Shown here: positions 24,814-36,748 of the stretch, piece by piece | How the letters are laid out: every line of letters begins with the position of its first letter | Numbering within the stretch: position 1 is the stretch's first letter | NCBI GenBank assembly: GCA_053919585.1 | Contig: CM132786.1 | Direction: 5' to 3' (one strand) | Source: Euprymna scolopes | Lineage: Eukaryota | Length of the DNA stretch: 64,000 nt | The notes under the pieces: generated by a model | What the model was told of the DNA's origin: nothing | The model's database searches: none | Seen by the model: the letters and a program-made list of their open reading frames with translations, nothing else | Translations under genes and position numbers: made by a program

Positions 24814-26617
24814 ACATACACTTTTCAATATATTTAATGACTAAAATTATATATATATATATATATATATTCATTTTATGAGGAAGAAAATAGAGTCATA
24901 ATTTACTTATAACTTTTAAAATTAGTAAAAAGCGTAAGCCAGAGATGCAATTAACTATAAAAAGTATAGACATTGTTTTAACGTTGTTTTTCTTTCATTA
25001 CACTATATTTATGTAAGAGAAAAACACACTATGGCAACCGCGAATCGCCGCACCTTCTAGTCGGTACTCTTATATTGCTTTCTTAATCGCAGTTCAAATA
25101 GTGATGCTAATAACACCATTGTCGCATCAATTCCATCAATTCCCAAGTGATTTTTTTGGAAATGATCGCTACAACAAGCTAATATATAGTGCCCCCATCG
25201 CATATATTAGCATTGCGCTAGTACATTTACGTTAGAAAATTAATACACAATAATATACAAGCTTATTGTTTTCATCCTCCTTCTCTGAGAATAGCTTTCA
25301 CATGGTGACACACATTTTTGGTTCTCACAATTGAACTATTCTATAACCAGACAGTACCTTTCAGTTTTTGTTTAGCAAAGCTGCAACATAAAAATATGAT
25401 TTTTCATAATATGTATAAAGTTGGGTTGTCAAAGATTTAAAGCAAATTATTATATAAGTCTGCACGCGGTCTATAATACATTTTCATAAAACGTATTTTA
25501 ACGCGATTTATGTTGATCAGATGCGTATTTTATTTTACACGCATGGAGGAAATAAACATGAAATAATCAATCCCTAAAGTATTAAATATAACAGATGTGT
25601 ATTTAAATTTAAAATGAACGCAGGGCTAATATTTATAGAAATCATGTCTCAAAATCACGTCAAGCAAGCCGTGTTTGAACGGACAGAAGAGTCTGAACGC
25701 ATGTGCCACATATCACGCCAAAGAGAAGTTTGTTTGACGTAACATATTTAACAAAATAAGCTATTAATCACAGCATTGTATTAGGGGCAGTACGTGGTTT
25801 AAGAATTCAACAGACAGCGGCATGTGATCTTTGAGTATACGTAGTTAAAATGAACAAAAAATAGCAAGTTATCTCAGACATTATCTTCGCCCATAAATCA
25901 TTTTATCAATCTCGCAAAGTTACAAGTTCCAGACAATTTGTTTTGAGGCTGAACAATGGTATGATAGGAAGAGTATTTGATTTCATTTTTCGTATGCAAG
26001 CTGACGTATGTTAATACATGAAAATATAAGGGTTAATTCTAAAAAGTCTATAAAATAGCAATGTATTTATGTACATATCAATCTAGGTTCATCTATCTCT
26101 ATTTTTCTATGTATCTCTGTATATCTACCGTTCCCTCTCATTTGTCACACACACATACAAACCCACCCACATATATATGTGTGGAGTCAAATGTATTTAT
26201 AGTTTTATATGAATTTAAATATGCTTACAACAATTAGATTGCACTCTTAGTCAAAGAAACCCTTAGAGCTAATGTGTGCTCAGGAAGCTTATCACGCAAA
26301 GAGATTTTTTTAAATTCTGACAGGGTTCAGCTGTTGTTATTAGTAACACAGACGTACAAACACTTTTCGAAATGGTAAATATAACTTTTTCGGTAGAAAA
26401 TACCATATTGCAGCTTTAGTATGTGAAACTTTTGATATTCGAGAAAAGTTCTAAGAATCAAAATCAAATGTGAACTCAAAATATTTTCTGTCTTTAATAA
26501 TTCGAATGAAGATTTTTTCATGCATATCCCAAATCGAAATATAGCTGTAGTCCTGTAAGAATCATAATGTACGATATGTGCAGAAAACAATGATGTCTAA
26601 ATGAACCTATGCATTTA

Positions 26618-27445
26618 CAAAGTGATTTCAGTAAGTATTCCGGATATTTTTATTTTAGTACAGACATTTAAAATTGTCTACATCTTTAAGATTACGCATG
26701 GTATTCCTATTTATCTCATGAGATGCTTGACTATTTTTTCCTTATTCCATGTTCCAAAACCAAAGAAAATTTCAGATTACGAACGAATTGGAATGCATTC
26801 TTCTCAAGCCTTATTTCAGCAGCTGGTGAATTTGAAAAAAATGGAATCTGGACATGACGACACTTTAGAATTACGAGAGACAATAACATTTTTTAAGCTT
26901 GCAAAAATTACATAAACACTTATGGAATATTTCAGACTGCTTTTCAACGAGCTTGCACGCATAATGTATGAGTTTTGAAGTGGCATAAGAGATTTAGGAA
27001 AGACAGGAAGTCTGTACTAAATAATAAGGAAGGTGTTGGGGGGATAAGGAAGTCAGACACCAGAGTTGATAGGACAAATAAATAATTTCATGGATATTAA
27101 CTGTCATGTGTCTTTAGAGAAAATAAGTGTACAGTGAGTTGTCAGCGTGGTAACTGTACAGACAATTATTCGCGACAAACTGAACATGCGGAATATTTGC
27201 GCGAAGTTTGTCCAATAGTGCTCACAGAAGATACGAAGAAAGGCCTTGTTATGACATTTGGGAGATGGTCGAGCAGATCAATTCCGATACCGCAGTTATT
27301 CTATGATCTGGTTTCCTGCATTCAAAGCAGGATCTACTGCTATGGGTAAAAAACTAAGAGGCAAATAACATGTTGGCTCCCCCATACACTAGAAGACCAG
27401 GCAAAGCAAATTGAAATAGAAACTTATTATGATATGTTCAGCGTG
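26618..27445 (+). pseudogene. mariner-family transposon remnant (left end + N-terminal transposase)
   Basis: ATG at 26841 gives MESGHDDTLELRETITFFKLAK. Frameshifted segments read YGIFQTAF, FEVA./KWHKRF, TPELIGQINNFMD, TVQTIIRDKLNMRNICAKFV and SRIYCY. These resemble the mariner HTH, the WVPR-like linker and the first-D region. Confidence 0.75.
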
Positions 27446-27641
27446 TCTTTTTTGTAATATACGAACAAACTAAGATATTCGATCATACAATCAACACAAC
27501 CAACTATAAAACAAACAATAAACACCAGAAAAAAATTCCAAAACAATACAGATATATACACTGTTCCTCTTAATATTGCAATAATTTATATACGTTTGTG
27601 AAACACAACCTATATTTTAAGTATATTATTTTACTATATTT

Positions 27642-27691
<50 letters not shown>

Positions 27692-27694
<3 letters not shown>

Positions 27695-27900
27695 CGTGTG
27701 TATTGCGTTATTGCAGGTCAATATTTATTTTTAATTTTGAAAATGCTATAAAATGCAGAGCAGCGAAATTTAGTGCAGTGGAAGAGCATAACAAGGTTCC
27801 TTATTTCCTTCATTTTTGTGAAATTTGATCAATAATTTAAAGTTGCTAATTTCTATTTGTTCTTGTAATTTTAAGTGGGTATCACTTTATTGCAAGTGTC
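27692..27900 (+). repeat. Interspersed repeat, probable terminal region of the Tc1-like element; homolog at 50418-50680 (minus)
   Basis: The tattgcaggtcaatat...tgcagtggaagagcataac...ttttaagtgggtatc block is shared in inverted orientation. Confidence 0.65.
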
Positions 27901-28042
27901 TAAAATGTATGTTTAAGTAATAAAACCATATTCTAACTGTATTACTCTTTTTATATAAAATAAAGTACATATTTAGTAACAATTTTAACAAAAAAACAAG
28001 AACGAATTACACATTACTGTGTATGAGAAAATATGTATTTAT

Positions 28043-28990
28043 TAACATACCTCGCATGCTTCAAAATCGATTTAAATATCCACTTGTCAACTGATAATGT
28101 AAATCACCAGAATTTGAGATGATGTGGGGCTATATGAAACTTGCAAAATATGCCTTCAAAATTCATCATTCCTCGAAAATTTACAGCTTTTTCACAAACT
28201 TATATCTTTATAATTGGCCGTGGATGCTCAACTGGTTTTATATCTGAAAAACAAGGTGACCATGCCACGAAATTTTCTCCACTAATGCCTAAAAACTTTA
28301 AGTATGCTGTCGTAGACATGGCTGAGCTGGATGACGCATTGTCGTTCAGAAAAATTCAATTTGCTGTGACGCGGCAATGTAAGGTCATCAATCGAAGGTT
28401 ACAAAGGCTCATTTACCCATAAACTATGAGACTGATTTTCCAGTTCGTCATCTTCTGACACTCGAAATGATCCAATTAGTTCATCGCAGATGCTTTCAGC
28501 CAAAAACATGACACCTCCACCTTCCTGTTGAGGACAGAGTCGATGAGAGGTATGGATTAAAGAGGGCTCCAAGCTTAGGCCAAGCCATCTGGCCTCACAT
28601 GAGTAACACTGCCATCATCGGTAAAAAGAATATTTTAAAAGCAAACCGTTTTTTCCTCATGGGTTTGGTTTAACGCAGGTCTTACTATAGGGTTAATGAT
28701 TCTTGCAATTTTGTTTTTGATAGTGCAGTCTGTTTTTCAGGACAGAGAAGATATCCCAGCCTTATAAAAGACAGAAACACTGTTGCTGCCCAGCTGGTTG
28801 AGAAATTAATGGTGAAATTGACCAACATCACAAACAGAAACTGAATTTCTTGGATTTTGTCCTTCCTTGGTTTTATGTTTCCATTTTCAACAAAGGGAGA
28901 CAAGGTTCTTCGAACTCTTCCAAGCTCTTTAACTTTCTCTACGAGAGATAAACCTTCTGCAACGCCTGCTATATAGCATACATATATTTT
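28043..28990 (-). pseudogene. Tc1-like DD37E (TRT-like) transposase pseudogene
   Basis: Minus translation pieces: KELGRVRRT (HTH), ILFTDDG..RPDG, QQEGGGVMFLA, DELIGSFRV, IFLNDNASSSSA...WSPCFSDIKPVE. There are 37 residues between the second D and the E. Confidence 0.8.
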
Positions 28991-29849
28991 GGGGCACTTG
29001 AAATAAAGTGATATACACTTAAATAGGCGAACATATTTCACTTTTCTACTAACTTTTTGAAAATTAAAAATATATATATATATATATATATTGACGTGTG
29101 ATTNNNNNNNNNNNNNNNNNNNNNNNNNNNNNNNNNNNNNNNNNNNNNNNNNNNNNNNNNNNNNNNNNNNNNNNNNNNNNNNNNNNNNNNNNNNNNNNNN
29201 NNNNNNNNNNNNNNNNNNNNNNNNNNNNNNNNNNNNNNNNNNNNNNNNNNNNNNNNNNNNNNNNNNNNNNNNNNNNNNNNNNNNAGTATAGTTGTTTCAG
29301 AAAAGTCTATTAATTTTATTACCCAAGTTTTATACTGAAATATAATAACTATTATTTCCCAATTTTGTTTCTAAAAGCGGTAGTTTATTTCTAAAGAAAA
29401 GTTTTTGCAAAACACATTTTAATCAATGTGACTTTCATTCTCACTTATATTATATTTCCCTAGGGAGTCTATATTTTTTCTTTAATGAGTTTTCTGTATT
29501 GATTTCGATGTGTTGCTTGCCCTAAGAAATCAACACTCATAACCTATGACGTCTGTCTTTAAGAAGGTTATACTTTAGTGTTAATCCCCTACGAGAGAAT
29601 GTCAACGCGACTGCTAATCCATTTTTCTAATCCACACTGGTTTTACTCTTGGACGCTGACATTTCCCTGGCACTGTTGTAATCTTGTGCCATAATAATCC
29701 CACCGTGAAACGTAGATAAATAACAGACACATCAAAACTTTTGTTACACTAGAGTGTTAGAAACACGTGCATGGGATAAAAGAGCATCTGGATTATACCC
29801 ATTTTATGAACTTACACTGCAATAATCTGTAAGGCTTAGAACAGAGGCG

Positions 29850-30135
29850 AGATTGGATACCTTGCAAACAAATCGATGAGGAATAACGGTTCCGATGTTG
29901 CAACGTCCAAGTTATGTTTAGCGCCATGTTCCAGTATGGAATTTTCGGATTTTATTGTTCATGAAAGAACAATGAAAGGCTCTAAATATGCATGGGTTCT
30001 GCAAGAGGAACTTGAAATGCTTTTGCATATTCATGAATTCTCAGTTTTGCTGCTCGCAGGTCATGGTAATTATTGTATGAATATAAAGTGATAGCACTCG
30101 ACTGGCAAGGAAAACCGACCAATTTGTTTAATGCA
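29850..30135 (+). pseudogene. Highly decayed Tc1-like transposase fragment
   Basis: ERTMKGSKYAWVLQEELEMLLHIH resembles the TMN..Y..VL segment, and LDWQGKPTNL resembles LDWPGNSPDLNP. Confidence 0.4.
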
Positions 30136-30225
30136 TATGTGCATGAATATAATGCAAGAAAAATAATTCCCAGAGATTCAATGTCAATCTTTGAATAACA
30201 CAACTCCCCCTTTCTTTCACTCTCT

Positions 30226-30286
<61 letters not shown>

Positions 30287-30936
30287 TATATGTGCGTGTG
30301 TGTGTGTGATGTATTTTTGGTTCTACATATATAAATGCATGTGCATATATGTGTGTATGTGTGTGCGTCTGTGTGTGTGATGGATTTGTGGTTGTACATA
30401 TATAAATGCATATATATATATATATATAAAATATACTGTATTTCCTCTTAATATATACCAACTCTCATGTAAGACTGCCAATGTTATTACAGAGCAATAT
30501 AATAATTGAACGAAAAAAGTCTATATTCCAAATATATGGATATATTAATTCATAAGTAATAAGTTTAATATTTGATAAATATAACATTTTTGGTGCATAT
30601 ACCTACATTAATAGAATTTCTTATTACGAATAGTTGTATTGAAGTGACTTTATTTCTAAACTCCAAATGACGTAATGTAAACATATTGAAAGCTATTTAC
30701 AGCTTCTCTGCCAATTTTCGGTTATTTAATCATGCTTAAACGCACTTTTTTTGATACATTGATTGTTACTATTTCTTCTGCTGTGTTTAGGCCAAAATAG
30801 ATTCACTAATTGGTATGAGAATTAAGCGATGTTATTCGTGTAACGAAACAAATTGTAAAAGTTACCTGAATTAAAGGAATACATTGGAAGGTGCTCAACA
30901 TAATGAACTTTTGAATTTAGACTTATCTTTTCATAC

Positions 30937-30988
<52 letters not shown>

Positions 30989-30989
<1 letters not shown>

Positions 30990-31695
30990 TAGCAAAAGTA
31001 CCCGTCGTTTACTGGGTTCAGGAATAGACTACAGAAAATGGACTCTGATTCATGAGAAGTATGATAGGTTATGAAAAGGAATGGTTGTAATGAGATAGCT
31101 TCGGATCTGGGGGTATAAAAACCAAAGCAAACTATGATGAAAGTAAAAATAACATAGATAACCCCCATAATTTTCATACCATACCTGTTCACACTTAAAC
31201 ATCTATCACAATATTCTGTGGATCTATATTAAAACATCTTATAAAACTTTGTGACTTATTTCAATTCCATATAGATCAGGCGCGAACGAACTCTCCATAA
31301 TTATATTATACCATACTTGTTCAAACTGAAACATAATTATCAAAGTATACTTACGCAGATGGATATGAAAAGTCTTTATTAAAGTTTGTGCCTATTTATA
31401 TTCTATGGAGGTCAGGCGCGAACGCAGAGACGACAATTTTATTATACAATCCCTATTTAAGTTAAAACATATGTGTCAAAGTATTCTGATGTACATCTGT
31501 ATCAAAACACTTGTAAACGTTTCTTTTTTTTTAGTTTTAATTTTTTTTTATTTTCACACTTTGTGAATCAGTCGCGAACGCAGACCTCACAATTTTAATG
31601 AACTATTGTTCTGCCAGATCAAACATCCCCATTCATGTGTCTCGATACATCTTCTCTCATTACATGTAATCAGCTGTTTTAAAATAGTCAACCAT
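30989..31695 (-). mobile_element. Non-autonomous Helitron family A, copy 2 (5' end lost in gap)
   Basis: Minus 3' end acccagtaaacgacgggt hairpin + acttttgCTAG|t into (TA)n. The body is the reverse complement of 5200-5600. Confidence 0.75.
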
Positions 31696-32071
31696 NNNNN
31701 NNNNNNNNNNNNNNNNNNNNNNNNNNNNNNNNNNNNNNNNNNNNNNNNNNNNNNNNNNNNNNNNNNNNNNNNNNNNNNNNNNNNNNNNNNNNNNNNNNNN
31801 NNNNNNNNNNNNNNNNNNNNNNNNNNNNNNNNNNNNNNNCAAGTTTCTAAAATCAAGTTTTTTTCTCAGTTGGTTATTTATTACTTTTAAAAAGATAACA
31901 ATTACAATACTGTTTCGTATTACGACTAACCACTCTGCACAATTGTGTTGTCTCTGCATATTTAGCTACGGACTCTTCAGATGTACTCTTCAGATATTCC
32001 CGTAAAAAAATTAAAATAAAACACATTTTGGAAAACTTACATGGCCCCTGTAATCGACACCCTCTCAGTTA

Positions 32072-32131
<60 letters not shown>

Positions 32132-32136
<5 letters not shown>

Positions 32137-32245
32137 TTTTTTTGCTATAATTAAATACCTACAAACACTAGTGTTTCATCCTTTCGGGAATCTTCTGTGC
32201 AGGGTGTCACGATTAATACCAGTCGAACGATTCGAATCCCGGCTA
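32132..32245 (-). mobile_element. Hammerhead-tailed short element, copy of 50140-50250, core mutated
   Basis: Minus strand: gggattcgaatc gttcgactggtattaatcgtgacac cctgca CaGAAGA ttcc cgaaa ggat GAAA cactagtg Tt tgtagg, then (TA)n. Confidence 0.75.
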
Positions 32246-32403
32246 CCATTAACCGTGTGAAATAACGTTGAATTTTAAACATTTTAATTTTAAATGTTCA
32301 TTTACGTCAGTCAGACAATGATCAACTCGTTATACGATGTTGAGTTTTCAATTATCTTGATAAGTTTCCTTTTAAAATTATCTCATTATCATCGTTTTAC
32401 TCC

Positions 32404-32465
<62 letters not shown>

Positions 32466-34734
32466 GAACTATTGTATAAAATGCACGTTATGTGTGTGAG
32501 TTCTTTTAACATATCTTCCAAAACGGCTGAGGTTATTATTTGCAAATTTAACACAATATATATTTATATGTCTGGTAGTGTTCTTATATAGGTTGTGTAC
32601 AGAAAGTCATCCGATAATATCAAACATGGAAAAAAAATCCTACCTTGAAATGATATTTTTTTCTCATAAATAAAAAAGACACACACACACATACAGGTGA
32701 ATATTTTTCAGTTACATCATGCAAAGGAAAATAATTCTTATTAAACAAAGGAAGATTAATTCTTCTTAAAAAAAAACAGAACTACTGTAATCTGGTAGAA
32801 TATTCAGCTTCATCTCGAATGGTTTACCTGTTCAAGCCCGGCTGTACCCACCAGTGTATTTTTATTTTATTTTAATGAGTATAATCCATATTAAAATCGC
32901 CGCAAATCAGTTCTCTATTTGCACATTGTAAGACTTAACATTCATCAGAAGTTACTTTTCTAGCATTAAAAGCTAAATATCAGCCGCTGTGAAATTTAAA
33001 CAAACACAGCCGGAATTTGATGAATACAATTTTCATTATTATATTTATTTCTTGTTTTGTTTTGTTTTTTTCGAATTAGGCCGCCGTGCAAATTATTCCT
33101 GGTAATCTATAATATCCAATAGAGGATTGATTCTATAATAATACATACGCAATGTGCACTGCACTGAAGATTTTTGTATAAAAGATTAAACAGTTTTGCT
33201 GTTTCTTCCTTTAAAAAAAACACCTGTTCCTTTCTATATTTTACTAGCAGATGTACCCGACTTCAAGCGGTATAAGCTGTACGTTAAATTTCTTAAATAA
33301 GTAGAAATAAAAACGGAAAGGAACTGAGACATGTGCATCCAGGTGTTATGTTTTTTTCTGAACAGCTCACTCCTAGTTAGAATAACAGTATTCGAGCTGC
33401 GATGGAAACCAAACATAAAAGCATTGAGTCAAGTAAGAACTTTATATTTAAAATTGAATATCTCCAACAAAAAAATCTATGCTATTCCCATCTGCCTATT
33501 TTACACAAAATAATACCTGCCTAAATTTCTTACTGTCTATTAAATTAAAGTGATATTTAAAAATCCCCGTTTCTGGTTCCCATATATTCATATGATCTAA
33601 TATATAATTTTTAGAGAAGTTTATTTATCGCGTTTTGAATTTAAAACTTTCATAGGTACATATTGCAAAACCTGCNNNNNNNNNNNNNNNNNNNNNNNNN
33701 NNNNNNNNNNNNNNNNNNNNNNNNNNNNNNNNNNNNNNNNNNNNNNNNNNNNNNNNNNNNNNNNNNNNNNNNNNNNNNNNNNNNNNNNNNNNNNNNNNNN
33801 NNNNNNNNNNNNNNTGTATAATTAATTGTTTCCTTCTTAAATTATTATTCTATATACACTAAATCATTGCCTAGCGTATATAACGCCATAATAATAGAAG
33901 GTAAGGCAATAATAAAAATTAACGAATAAACTGAACCGAAGACTTTTAAATATTACAGATGAAATAGTTTTGCTGTTTCAGCTTGGTTTTTACATTCTGT
34001 TCCTTTTTATATTGTATGAGTCGATGTATCATGTTTAGCCCGGTATTAACCGTAACGTTTAATTCCTTTAAAAATAAAGTAAAAAAAAAATAAAAAAAAT
34101 AAAACATAAAACAATAAAATAAACGAAAGAAATGGAGGCAAGTGCATAAAAGTATTATGTTTTTTTTCTAAACATTTCGCTACATGTAAGTAAAAATTAC
34201 TCGAGCGGAGAGTTAAACCAAAACCTCACCTCTCTGTACGATAACAATTAAATCAGCTTGCCAAGTCTTTAAAATGTGTTTTCATACCTACTTATTCTTA
34301 ACATAAGAGAATTGTCAAGTATATGATTCGCGCATTTTTTTAAAATATTCCATCCCCAATAAAGTTACGATCTCCAATTGAGACTATATTAGTTGCATTT
34401 TTTCCGGATGAAAATGGATGAAAACTTTTTCCAAATATCTGATTATATACCAAATTTCAAGCCTGTAGATTTAAAAAAGATCGTTTTGTATACAAGTGTA
34501 GATTTGTCCGCACACACACCTTCTCTCTTTACTAGATAGATGGGTCGCAATATTACTTTTGTTGGTGAGTTTGTAAGAATTACTGTATTGCACATTATTT
34601 CGGAAAAATTCCTATTATCAGATTTGTGTTTAACATTCATTTCAAGATGAGACAACAATTATCGCTGAGCATTATTGACATTTAATTATGAGACAAATGA
34701 CCTTTATAAATTGCTTTACATGTTTGTTTCGTTT

Positions 34735-35007
34735 GCTACATAGGTCAATATAAATAAGAAAGGTTGCATAATGCTAAGTTGGTCAATATAAATAAGAGAC
34801 GTGACATTATGCAACATTGGTCAATATGAATAAGAATAGTTACAGTATGCTACATAGGTCAATATAAATAAGAAAAGTTACATTATGCTACATAGGTCAA
34901 TATAAATAAGAAAAATGACATTATGCTTCATAGGTTTATATAAATAAGAAAAGTGGCATTATGCTACATTGGCCAATATAAATAAAAAAAAAGTGGCATA
35001 ATGGTAC
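34735..35007. repeat. 38-bp minisatellite, left part (~7 units)
   Basis: Unit aatataaataagaaaagtgacattatgctacataggtc. Confidence 0.92.
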
Positions 35008-35281
35008 TGTTGTGGTTGCAAGGTTGAACAATAATTAGTAAATAAATACAATGAAGACGCAAACCACAAGATAACGCAATAATAAGTGTATTAAAGAAAA
35101 GGTATATTTACAATATGTACAAATGACGGTGTCGAGTCAGAGAGTCTTGGTGGGAGGACATGTGCGCTCTTCGGCGTCACTTCCGGTGACATTTGAGTAA
35201 GACACGCCAAGGCCAACCTAGGCTTGCCATTTATAGTGTTATGTTATTCGCATATGCAAATAAGTGGTTGCCAACACAACC
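35008..35281 (-). repeat. 3' LTR (polypurine tract gagatggggggg adjacent at 35281-35292)
   Basis: tgttgtggttgcaagg...ccaacacaac, a direct repeat of 40470-40743. Confidence 0.95.
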
Positions 35282-35755
35282 CCCCCCATCTCAAGATTGT
35301 AAGTCACACAGATTTCAATATCTTTTTCTTGTTGGGTTTACCATTAATGGTTCATTCACTTTTCTTTTCCTACCTGATCTTCGGGGTTCAGGTGCATTTT
35401 GAGGCGGTTCCAAATTAAAAGATTCGTATATGATATCTATGGTGTCCTCCCCTTCGACTGTTGTCGTATCATCATCATCTTAGATATGACGTTTTTTTAT
35501 CTGATTTAGGTGCCTTTTATGTATATTCTGTGGACCTTTAATCATGTATGTACAACCACCAATGCGTTTATCCACTACTCCACATTCCCAGTAAGATGTG
35601 TTATTTCTGTAGCACTTAAAATATACTCGATCGCCCGAGTTATATTTCTTTCTTCTCGTGTGTGTAGTGTTTCAGATAATTGCTTGCCTTGGCAATAGTT
35701 TGTCAAACGCTGATTTTACCTTTCTGGAAAACATTAGATCAGCTGGTGATATGTT

Positions 35756-36748
35756 TTATGGTGTACTAGGATGTGGTGTAATCCTATATACTTGCAAGAA
35801 TTGTTGCAAAGCTTTTTCTGTTGGTGTTCCAATGGATTTCTTTAACGCTCGTTTTAGCGTGTCCACGAACCTTTCTGCTAGGCCGTTCGACCTTGGATGA
35901 TACGGCGGAGTCGTGATGTGCTTCACTCGGAACGTGTCGCAAAAATCCTTAAACTCTGCGGATGTGAACTGCGTTCCGTTGTCAGTGACCAGTGTGTCTG
36001 GTACACCGAATCTTGCAAACAACTCGTGTAGGAACCCTATTGAGTTGTTCGTTGTTGGATTCCTGCAACGCATTACCTCCGGCCATTTTGTGAAACTATC
36101 AACTACAATTAAATGATAGTTTTCACCTGCTGGACCAGCGAAGTCCATGTGGATTCTCGACCATGGTTGGTCGGTTTTCGGCCAAGGCTTGTGTACTATA
36201 GGTGGAGATTTTGCCGCTAACTGGCATCCTTTACATTTATCAATTGTCGTCGCTATGTCAGTGTCCATGTTACGCCAGTTCACGTAGCTTCTCATTAACG
36301 ACTTCATTCGATTTATCCCCGGATGTCCTGTGTGGAAATCTCTTAACATCCTATTCTGCAATGTTTTGGGTATTACCACTCTCTCGCTGTACAGTAACAC
36401 ATCGTCACATATGGAGAAAACTTCCTGCACCTTTGTGTCCGTTATAATTTTCTCTTTTATGTCATTTATATATTCGTCTTTCTCGGCTTCCCTTTTAATG
36501 TCCGACAAAGTTACGGGTAGTTCCTTAATGATGTTTGCTACCATATTTTTTACTTCAACATTTGTCCGAATTGCTGCAATGACTGATTCTTCCAGATTGT
36601 GTTTCTGTGGTATCAGTCTTGACAGTCCATCCGCATGGCAAATCTTTTTTGATGCTAGATGTTGTAGCTGGAAATCGTAATTAAGTAGTATTGTACCCCA
36701 GCGCAGCAATCTAGTTGCGGTGTATACCGGCAATCCTTTTTTTATCAA
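35756..36748 (-). pseudogene. pol: Pol C-terminal part: RNase H end + integrase (premature stop)
   Basis: RLLRWGTILLNYDF, HADGLSRL, HTGHPG...CKGC zinc finger, HMDFAGP / VTDNG / NGLAERFV (DDE). Frameshifted from the upstream ORF. Confidence 0.92.

Noticed and set aside
31935-33215. Additional hammerhead-like remnants at 31935-31980(-) and 33159-33210(+); also 59293 and 22371
   Set aside because: The GAAA or CUGANGA core is broken and the stems are weak, so they were left out of the count.
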